The position numbers and the translations under genes are program-made. Positions 17,875 through 24,000 of a DNA stretch of 24,000 bases are shown piece after piece. The stretch is from Paenibacillus athensensis (GTDB lineage: Bacteria > Bacillota > Bacilli > Paenibacillales > NBRC-103111), in NCBI RefSeq assembly GCF_004514475.2, contig NZ_MYFO02000011.1:47212-71211 (forward strand). Reading direction: 5' to 3'. Position 1 is the stretch's first letter. Every line of letters starts with the position of its first letter. The notes beneath the pieces were generated by a model. That model was not told where the DNA came from, ran no database searches, and saw only the letters and a list, made by a program, of their open reading frames with translations.

Positions 17875-18980
17875 CCGTGCGGCGAATCTGCAGCCGCAGG
17901 TACGCATCGATGAACGCATCGAGATCGCCGTCCATCACAGCCCCGACATTGCCCGTCTCTTCGTTCGTTCTGTGATCCTTCACCATGCTGTACGGGTGAA
18001 ACACGTAGGAACGAATCTGGCTGCCCCAGGCAATGTCCGACACCTCGCCGCGAATTTCCGCCAGATGCTTCTCCTGCTCCTCGATTTTCTTCTCGTAGAG
18101 CTTGGAGCGCAGCATCTTCATCGCCCGTTCGCGGTTTTTGATCTGCGAGCGCTCGGTTTGGCAGCTCACCACCACGCCCGTCGGCATGTGCGTAATCCGC
18201 ACCGCCGAATCCGTCGTGTTGATGTGCTGGCCGCCAGCGCCGCTGGAACGATACGTGTCGACCTTGAGATCTTCGGTGCGGATCTCAATCTCCACGTCAT
18301 CGTCAATCTCCGGCATCACATCGCACGAGACGAACGACGTGTGCCGCCGGCCCGACGCATCGAAAGGGGAAATGCGCACCAGTCGATGCACGCCTTTTTC
18401 CGCCTTCAGATAGCCGTAAGCATTAAAGCCCTGAATGAGCAGCGTTACACTCTTCACGCCTGCTTCATCGCCGGGCAAATAGTCCAGCACCTCAACCTTG
18501 AAGCCGCGTTTCTCTGCCCAGCGCCGATACATCCGCAGCAGCAGCTCCGCCCAATCCTGCGACTCCGTGCCGCCCGCGCCCGGATGCAGCTCCAGAATCG
18601 CATTCAGCCGGTCGTACGGCTGGCTTAACAGCAGCTGCAGCTCGAACGCCTCCAGCCGCTTGATCAAGCCGGCGATTCCGCTGCCGATCTCGGCGGCCAT
18701 GCTGGCGTCGCCTTCTTCTTCAACCAGCTCGACCATGACCTGCAAGTCGTCGAACTCGCCGGACATCGCCTGAAACTGGTCGACGACGCCTTTGATCGCG
18801 TTAAGCTCGCCAATGGTCCGCTGGGCTTTTTCGTTGTCGTCCCAAAAATCGGGCGCCGACATTTTTTCCTCAAAATCTCCGATCGCTTCGAGCTTATGAT
18901 CTAAGTCAAAGAGACCCCCTTAATTCCGTTAATCGCTTTGCCGTCTCTCTTAAATCCTGTTTTACTTCCGGTTCCAACAT
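17867..18980 (-). CDS. prfB: Peptide chain release factor 2, expressed through a programmed +1 ribosomal frameshift
   Basis: Frame 0 runs from ATG 18980 for 24 codons ([24 protein letters not shown]) to the in-frame TGA at 18908-18906. Frame +1 resumes at GAC (18907) and joins ORF 17867..18862 (...[29 protein letters not shown]...). The SPF and GGQ motifs are present ([15 protein letters not shown]; [17 protein letters not shown]). Confidence 0.93.
18905..18920 (-). promoter_or_regulatory. prfB autoregulatory +1 frameshift site
   Basis: The minus strand reads AGGGGG TCT CTT TGA C. That is an internal Shine-Dalgarno-like AGGGGG (18920-18915), the slippery CTT, then a UGA followed by C. The E. 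coli site is AGGGGGTATCTTTGAC. Confidence 0.9.
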
Positions 18981-19210
18981 GTAACAACACCTCTTTACTT
19001 GTATTCGGCCAAATGGCCCGCAGCGGACAACGTCTCACGACAAACCCACCAGTCCGCAACCCCTCCGGCAACCGCCGTAAGGCTGACACTGCACTCCCCA
19101 CGAACGAGCTGTCGACTGCCCACTGCAGGCTTCAAAGCGGCACACCGTGCCGCGCAGCCCCGATGAATCGGAACCACACCGCACGGCGCGCTTTTCAAAA
19201 ACTCTCTGTT

Positions 19211-21721
19211 TTATTTATTCATGCCGTGGCACTGCTTATACTTCTTGCCGCTGCCGCAATGGCACGGATCGTTGCGCCCGATGCGATCATCGCGCACGAG
19301 CGGCTTGCTGCCGCCGGCTTCGTTTTTCGGATCGACCGCTTGCCCTTCGGCTACCGCCTGGCGCTCCAGATTGCTTTCCACATGCGCCTTCATGATATAA
19401 GTCGCGACTTCCTCTTGAATATTCCCGATCATCTCGTGGAACATCTCGAAGCCCTCGAACTGATACTCGCGCAGCGGATCGGTGCCGCCGTAAGCGCGAA
19501 GATGAATCCCTTGACGCAGCTGATCCATCGCATCGATGTGGTCCATCCATTTGCTGTCTACCGCGCGCAGTACAACAACCTTTTCGAATTCACGCATGAA
19601 TTCCGGACCGATCTGCTGCTCGCGCTCATCGTAACGCTTGCTCACGATCTCTTGCACGTACTCGATAATTTCATCCTGCTCTTTGCCCCAGATGTCCTTC
19701 TCCGTAATCTGGCCTTCCTGCAGGAATGAGTTGTTGATGAACGTCGCGACTTCCTCCAGCTCCCACTCCTCGGGAATTTGATCCTCCGGACAATGCGCCT
19801 TCACGACGCGCTCGATGACCGATTTGATCATGCTTTCGGCAATTTCGCGAATATTTTCTGATTCCAGCACCTCGCGGCGCTGCTTGTAAATGATTTCCCG
19901 CTGCTGATTCATCACGTCGTCGTATTGCAAAACGACCTTCCGCACGTCAAAGTTATTCCCTTCAACGCGTCTTTGCGCAGACTCGATCGCCCGGGTAATC
20001 AGCTTGCTTTCAATCGGCTGATCTTCTTCCATCCCCAGACGGTCCATCATCGCCATAATATTCTCGGCGCCAAAACGCTTCATCAGCTCGTCGCCCAACG
20101 AGAGGTAGAACTGTGAGGAGCCCGGGTCGCCCTGACGTCCGGCACGACCGCGCAGCTGGTTATCGATCCGGCGGCTTTCATGCCGCTCCGTACCTATAAT
20201 ATGCAACCCGCCAACATCCGCCACGCCTTCGCCCAGCATAATATCCGTACCGCGGCCGGCCATGTTCGTGGCAATTGTCACGGCGGCCGGCTGGCCCGCA
20301 CGCGACACAATCTCCGCCTCTTCGGCGTGATATTTCGCATTCAGCACCTTGTGCGCAATGCCCTTGCGCTTGAGCATTTCCGACAGGCGCTCGGAATTTT
20401 CAATCGACACGGTGCCGACCAGCACCGGCTGGTTCTTTTTATGACGCTCGATAATTTCTTCAACGACAGCCAGGAACTTGCCGTTCTCCGATTTGTAGAC
20501 AATATCCGGCATATCCTTACGAATCATCGGACGGTTCGTTGGCACAACGACGACTTCGAGGCCGTAGATCTTTTTGAACTCCTCTTCTTCCGTCTTGGCC
20601 GTGCCGGTCATACCCGCGAGCTTGCGATACATCCGGAAATAGTTCTGGAACGTAATTGTCGCCAGCGTCATGCTTTCATTCTGGACCTCCAGCTGCTCCT
20701 TGGCTTCAATCGCCTGATGCAAGCCGTCGCTATAACGGCGTCCGGTCATAATCCGGCCCGTAAACTCGTCAACGATCAGGACCTCGCCGTCCTGAACGAC
20801 ATAGTCCACATCCAGCCTCATGATCACGCGAGCCTTGAGCGCTTGGGTAATATGATGGTTCAACGTCACATTCTGATGGTCAAAAAGGTTCTCGATGCCG
20901 AACGCTTTCTCGGCTTTAGCCACACCGGCTTCCGTCAGCGCAACCGATTTCACCTTGATGTCAACCGTGTAATCTTCTTCTTCATTTAATCTGGCGACAA
21001 AACGGTCCGCCGCATAGTACAAATCCGTCGATTTGGCAGCTTGTCCCGAAATAATCAGCGGCGTCCGCGCCTCGTCCACCAGAATCGAATCCACTTCGTC
21101 AATTACGGCAAAATAAAGCGGCCGCTGCACCATTTGTTCCTTGTACAGCACCATGTTATCGCGCAAATAATCGAAGCCGTATTCATTGTTCGTTCCATAA
21201 GTAATATCGCAAGCGTAAGCCGCCCGTTTCTCATCATGCGAAAGGTCATGCAGGTTCACCCCGACCGTCAGACCGAGGAACTCGTAAATACGACCCATTT
21301 CCGCGCTATCGCGCTGCGCCAAGTAGTCGTTGACCGTCACTACGTGGACCCCTTGTCCAAGCAGCGAGTTCAGATATACCGGCAGCGTGCCGACGAGCGT
21401 TTTACCTTCACCCGTTCTCATCTCGGCAATGCGCCCTTCGTGCAGCACCATGCCGCCGACCAACTGTACGTCGTAATGCCGTTTACCGAGCACCCGTTTG
21501 GACGCTTCGCGGACAACCGCAAACGCTTCCGGCAACAAATCGTCCAGGTCCTCGCCTTTTTCCAGTCTGCTGCGGAACTCCGCCGTTTTGCCTTTCAGTT
21601 CTTCGTCGGACAAGCCGGTAACCGTCGGCTCAAGGCTATTAATGTGGTCGACCACTTTCAGCATCCGCTTGATTTCACGTTCGTTGGAATCACCAAAAAT
21701 CTTTTTAACCAGTCCTAGCAT
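19211..21721 (-). CDS. secA: Preprotein translocase ATPase SecA
   Basis: ORF 19211..21778. The preferred start is ATG 21721 ([19 protein letters not shown]...) after GGGAAAGGGG. The DEAD-like motor motifs are present ([28 protein letters not shown]). The C-terminal zinc-binding tail is [14 protein letters not shown]. Confidence 0.96.
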   Translation of the reverse strand: MLGLVKKIFGDSNEREIKRMLKVVDHINSLEPTVTGLSDEELKGKTAEFRSRLEKGEDLDDLLPEAFAVVREASKRVLGKRHYDVQLVGGMVLHEGRIAEMRTGEGKTLVGTLPVYLNSLLGQGVHVVTVNDYLAQRDSAEMGRIYEFLGLTVGVNLHDLSHDEKRAAYACDITYGTNNEYGFDYLRDNMVLYKEQMVQRPLYFAVIDEVDSILVDEARTPLIISGQAAKSTDLYYAADRFVARLNEEEDYTVDIKVKSVALTEAGVAKAEKAFGIENLFDHQNVTLNHHITQALKARVIMRLDVDYVVQDGEVLIVDEFTGRIMTGRRYSDGLHQAIEAKEQLEVQNESMTLATITFQNYFRMYRKLAGMTGTAKTEEEEFKKIYGLEVVVVPTNRPMIRKDMPDIVYKSENGKFLAVVEEIIERHKKNQPVLVGTVSIENSERLSEMLKRKGIAHKVLNAKYHAEEAEIVSRAGQPAAVTIATNMAGRGTDIMLGEGVADVGGLHIIGTERHESRRIDNQLRGRAGRQGDPGSSQFYLSLGDELMKRFGAENIMAMMDRLGMEEDQPIESKLITRAIESAQRRVEGNNFDVRKVVLQYDDVMNQQREIIYKQRREVLESENIREIAESMIKSVIERVVKAHCPEDQIPEEWELEEVATFINNSFLQEGQITEKDIWGKEQDEIIEYVQEIVSKRYDEREQQIGPEFMREFEKVVVLRAVDSKWMDHIDAMDQLRQGIHLRAYGGTDPLREYQFEGFEMFHEMIGNIQEEVATYIMKAHVESNLERQAVAEGQAVDPKNEAGGSKPLVRDDRIGRNDPCHCGSGKKYKQCHGMNK

Positions 21722-21756
21722 CGGTGAACCCCTTTCCCTTGCATTCGTATCCTTAA

Positions 21757-21785
21757 ATTGTATCAGTTTGGCGGACACGCCGCAA
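21757..21785 (-). promoter_or_regulatory. Candidate secA promoter (extended -10)
   Basis: The minus strand reads TTGCGG (21785-21780), a 17-nt spacer, then TACAAT (21762-21757). A TG lies one base upstream of the -10, giving TGATACAAT. The element is about 36 nt upstream of the secA ATG. Confidence 0.35.
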
Positions 21786-21906
21786 CAAAGCGCGCGTACC
21801 GGCGCCTGCTTTTTCCATTTTCCCTGAAGGTTCGGCCTGCAGAAGCCGTTTTCAGCCCTTCATCCGTCACTAATAGTATGAAAAGGCAACGAAATTTGCA
21901 TGCACG

Positions 21907-21933
21907 AAAAAGGAGGCGCTCAGCGCCCCCTCC
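21907..21933 (-). terminator. Rho-independent terminator after hpf
   Basis: The minus strand reads GGGGGCGC-UGA-GCGCCUCC, an 8-bp GC-rich stem, followed by UUUUU. A second 8-bp hairpin, CGCAATCC/GGATTGCG, lies just upstream at 21938-21959. Confidence 0.7.
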
Positions 21934-21985
21934 ATCCCGCAATCCGATTCAGGATTGCGTTTGTTTATTCAAGCGGTCCATCAAT

Positions 21986-22540
21986 TTATTGCGCCGGCTC
22001 AATCAAACCGTACTTGCCATCGTCACGCTTGTACACCACGTTCACTTGATCCGTGTCCATGTTCGCAAAAACGAAAAACGAATGGCCAATCATATTCATC
22101 TGAAGGATCGCTTCCTCCACATCCATAGGCTTCAGATTAAAGCGCTTGGTGCGCACAAGTTCAAATTCATCTTCTTCGTCTACCACGGCCGTTGAAGCTC
22201 CCATAGCCTCCATACGGAACAAGTCCCGTTTGCCGCCTTCCTGACGAATTTTGCGGTTCGCTTTGGTTTTATGCTTGCGAATTTGGCGTTCCAGCTTGTC
22301 GATCACCAAATCCACCGAAGCGTACATGTCATTATTTCGCTCCTCCGCTCGGAGCATTACACCGGATAGCGGAATCGTCACCTCAATTGTTTGCAGCCCT
22401 TTCACTACGCTCAAGGTCACATGCACTTCAGAAGTAAGGGGAGCTTCAAAATACCTCTCTAGCCTGCTCAATTTTTTCTCAACGTAATCCCTGAGGGCTT
22501 CTGTCACTTCCAGGTGTTCTCCACGAATGCTAAAATTCAT
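21986..22540 (-). CDS. hpf: Ribosome hibernation promoting factor (long HPF, YvyD-type)
   Basis: 184 aa. MNFSIRGEHLEVTEALRDYVEKKLSRLERYFE... is followed by the C-terminal dimerisation domain (RTKRFNLKPMDVEEAILQMNMIGHSFFVFANMDTDQVNVVYKRDDGKYGLIEP). The RBS is GGGAGGAG. Confidence 0.94.
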   Translation of the reverse strand: MNFSIRGEHLEVTEALRDYVEKKLSRLERYFEAPLTSEVHVTLSVVKGLQTIEVTIPLSGVMLRAEERNNDMYASVDLVIDKLERQIRKHKTKANRKIRQEGGKRDLFRMEAMGASTAVVDEEDEFELVRTKRFNLKPMDVEEAILQMNMIGHSFFVFANMDTDQVNVVYKRDDGKYGLIEPAQ

Positions 22541-22573
22541 AGTACAACTCCTCCCTTCTCTTACAAGTATACT

Positions 22574-22602
22574 ACATTCAACGCTCCCTTCAAAATTCCT
22601 TT
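22574..22602 (-). promoter_or_regulatory. Sigma-H-type promoter candidate upstream of hpf
   Basis: The minus strand reads AAAGGAATT (22602-22594), an 11-nt spacer, then GTTGAATGT (22582-22574). The Bacillus sigma-H consensus is RnAGGAwWW-N11-12-RnnGAATww. The element lies about 35 nt upstream of the hpf ATG. Confidence 0.45.
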
Positions 22603-22624
22603 ATATTTGACCTACTTTTTCCCG

Positions 22625-22655
22625 AAAATAAAAACACCCCGACTTCTCGAGGTGT
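22625..22655 (-). terminator. Rho-independent terminator after the cold-shock gene
   Basis: The minus strand reads ACACCUCGA-GAAG-UCGGGGUGU, 9 bp including one G.U pair, followed by UUUUUAUUUU. Confidence 0.75.
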
Positions 22656-22689
22656 CCGTTCGTTCTATGCATGCGGCTTCCCGCGTGAA

Positions 22690-22893
22690 CTATTCGACTT
22701 TGGTTACATTGGCAGCCTGCGGACCGCGCGCGCCCTCTACAATATCAAATTCCACCTGCTGGCCTTCTTCCAGCGTTTTGTAGCCAGGAGCGTTAATGGC
22801 AGAGAAATGCACAAAAACGTCGCCCTGCTCAGTTTCAGGCTCAATAAAGCCATATCCTTTTTCTGCGTTAAACCATTTTACTCGACCCAGCAT
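22690..22893 (-). CDS. Cold-shock protein (CspA/CspB family, S1-like CSD)
   Basis: 67 aa. [33 protein letters not shown] carries the RNP1 (KGYGFI) and RNP2 (VFVHF) motifs. Confidence 0.96.
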   Translation of the reverse strand: MLGRVKWFNAEKGYGFIEPETEQGDVFVHFSAINAPGYKTLEEGQQVEFDIVEGARGPQAANVTKVE

Positions 22894-22943
22894 TGCAACA
22901 CATTCCCTTCATCTTCAAATAAAATGTAAGCCCTTACCTTTCG

Positions 22944-22973
22944 AATATATCACCGTTCCGCTTGACCTGTCAA
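22944..22973 (-). promoter_or_regulatory. Sigma-A promoter candidate for the cold-shock gene
   Basis: The minus strand reads TTGACA (22973-22968), an 18-nt spacer, then TATATT (22949-22944). A TG lies one base upstream of the -10, giving TGATATATT. The element is about 50 nt upstream of the ATG. Confidence 0.55.
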
Positions 22974-23014
22974 TTTATCGGGCCCAAAAGAGGCCAAATA
23001 TTTAGAAAATTCGC

Positions 23015-23154
23015 GTATTCACATTTCCTTAACATTCACAAACCTCCCTGAAAGCTTGTTTTCATTAGTTATTCACAAAGATGTCCACATTATCCACAGT
23101 TCATTTTTTCTTTTATTCACAACTTTTTCCCCCTTATCCACCGAGTTATGCACA
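23015..23154 (+). promoter_or_regulatory. Cluster of eight co-oriented DnaA-box-like 9-mers
   Basis: The plus-strand boxes are GTATTCACA (23015), ACATTCACA (23032), TTATTCACA (23069), ATGTCCACA (23081), TTATCCACA (23090, perfect), TTATTCACA (23113), TTATCCACC (23134) and TTATGCACA (23146). Four of them match the relaxed consensus TTATNCACA exactly. Confidence 0.6.
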
Positions 23155-23175
23155 AACCGGCCCGGCATTTGCCAC

Positions 23176-23209
23176 AAAACAAAAAACCTTCCGCTGGTAC
23201 CGGAAGGTT
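23176..23209 (-). terminator. Rho-independent terminator after the fliS/fliT-like genes
   Basis: The minus strand reads AACCUUCCG-GUACCAG-CGGAAGGUU, a perfect 9-bp stem, followed by UUUUGUUUUG. Confidence 0.8.
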
Positions 23210-23224
23210 CTCGAAAACATCGAA

Positions 23225-23560
23225 TTATTTTTTCTTGTCAAAAAAGAAGCTTTCGCCGTCATAAGCATGATCGTAAGCGTTCCGCTGTGTTCGGCTGGTT
23301 TCGAATTTTTGCAATTGCTCTCTGGCCTCGCTGCGGAGCGCCTCCATTTTAGCCTTAAAGATCGGATCCTGGCGAAGCACCTCTTGAATTCTGCCGCGAT
23401 ACAACGCCTGCTGAGCCGTGGTCAGGGAAACAGAAGCAATGGAATTGATAATCGCTGCGCGGCTCTCCATAAACTCGCCCAATTGCTCGTAATCCATGTT
23501 GGGCAGCTGCTCGAGCCCTTGCCTCGTCAACTCCTCCAACCTTTGGATCAGGCTATCCAT
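23225..23560 (-). CDS. fliT: Small helical flagellar protein, FliT-like by position and size
   Basis: 111 aa and predicted all-helical (MDSLIQRLEELTRQGLEQL...). It overlaps the fliS stop by 8 nt. In B. subtilis the 113-aa fliT directly follows fliS. The call rests on synteny and size, not on a motif. Confidence 0.55.
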   Translation of the reverse strand: MDSLIQRLEELTRQGLEQLPNMDYEQLGEFMESRAAIINSIASVSLTTAQQALYRGRIQEVLRQDPIFKAKMEALRSEAREQLQKFETSRTQRNAYDHAYDGESFFFDKKK

Positions 23561-23957
23561 GTACTACACCGGCCTTGGACGGCGCCGCCGCATTAACCTG
23601 CTTGGCGGCTTGAACCCACGTCTCCTTGAGTTCGACCAAATAACCAAGCACCTCTTCAGCCGGCTCAACAGCCTTCTGAATGTTCGCTTCCATTAGCCTG
23701 CGATTGAAATAATCGTACAGCGAAAGCAGTCCGCTGGCCACCGGAGAGGATCGATCCAATGTAATCGAAAATTCGCTGACAATATCCTGCACTTTAACCA
23801 GATTCGTATTAGCTTCTTGGAAATTGTTGTTCTTCAACGCTTCAATGGCCAGACGGCAAAAACGGATACCACCGTCGCAAAGCATAATCAATAGCTGCGC
23901 TGGCGTAGCGGTCTGAACGGTAGACTCCAAATATTTATTGCGTTGCGGCTGTAGCAT
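23553..23957 (-). CDS. fliS: Flagellar export chaperone FliS
   Basis: 134 aa. Its sequence ...VQTATPAQLLIMLCDGGIRFCRLAIEALKNNNFQEANTNLVKVQDIVSEFSITLD...LYDYFNRRLMEANI... is the conserved FliS four-helix-bundle pattern. An AGGAGGG RBS lies upstream. Confidence 0.9.
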   Translation of the reverse strand: MLQPQRNKYLESTVQTATPAQLLIMLCDGGIRFCRLAIEALKNNNFQEANTNLVKVQDIVSEFSITLDRSSPVASGLLSLYDYFNRRLMEANIQKAVEPAEEVLGYLVELKETWVQAAKQVNAAAPSKAGVVHG

Positions 23958-24000
23958 GGATGTCCCTCCTAGTTTTAAATACGACCATCTTAGCCGAACT

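Noticed and set aside
17525-18628. Plus-strand ORFs reading through the tandem repeats (17525..18628, 17547..17975, 17554..17913). They give repeated peptides such as RCPPFSA/GCRSRLSSATRADP.
   Set aside because: The peptide repetition simply mirrors the DNA repeat. The ORFs continue antisense into prfB, have no RBS, and read against the direction of every neighbouring gene.
22997-23011. A CodY-box-like 15-mer: minus strand AATTTTCTAAATATT against the consensus AATTTTCWGAAAATT.
   Set aside because: It has two mismatches, including the central G, and sits in an AT-rich intergenic region where such near-matches are common. That is not enough to call a site.
23015-23154. Whether the DnaA-box cluster marks the chromosomal origin (oriC).
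   Set aside because: There is no dnaA, dnaN, rpmH or other origin-context gene. I identified no AT-rich unwinding element next to the boxes. The locus is syntenic with the B. subtilis fliT-hpf-secA region, which is not at the origin. A secondary DnaA-box cluster is the more conservative reading.
23990-24000. A possible 3' end of an upstream flagellar gene (fliD by synteny) on the minus strand, ending at the TAA at 23992-23990.
   Set aside because: Only three codons are visible, which is far too little to support a feature.

Overview
This window looks like a core chromosomal segment of a moderately high-GC Firmicute. A Paenibacillus-like organism is my inference, based on B. subtilis-type synteny: fliS-fliT, hpf-secA-prfB-yvjA and ftsE-ftsX-ctpB. 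I can support 21 protein-coding genes, 18 of them on the minus strand.

Reading the minus strand from right to left:
- fliS, a fliT-like gene, a cold-shock protein gene and hpf
- secA and prfB (prfB carries its classic programmed +1 frameshift, which splits it in the ORF track)
- a YitT/YvjA-family membrane protein
- a contiguous arginine biosynthesis cluster, argC-argJ-argB-argD-argF-argG-argH, with no carAB
- after a short plus-strand block, ftsE-ftsX, a coiled-coil M23 peptidase and the 5' part of a CtpB-like S41 protease

The only plus-strand genes are a three-gene envelope-associated block: a VanW/G5 protein, a DUF1700 (HAAS) membrane protein and a DUF4097 (Toastrack) protein.

I see no tRNA, rRNA, CRISPR array, transposase, integrase, toxin-antitoxin pair or recognisable defence system. 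The long ORFs antisense to these genes are GC-driven artefacts.

All the signals worth a second look are non-coding:
1. A co-oriented cluster of eight DnaA-box-like 9-mers between the fliT terminator and the csp promoter.
2. A four-unit tandem array of a roughly 66-bp GC-rich repeat between the prfB stop codon and its terminator.
3. At least one copy of the same repeat family inside an unusually long (399 bp) argJ-argB spacer.
4. A 232-nt structured spacer between argD and argF, where B. subtilis has carAB.
5. A canonical terminator only 23 nt upstream of the YitT-family start codon.
6. A DUF1700-DUF4097 pair without the PadR-type regulator that usually accompanies it.

All coordinates and alignments were derived by hand from the sequence. 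No database searches were run.
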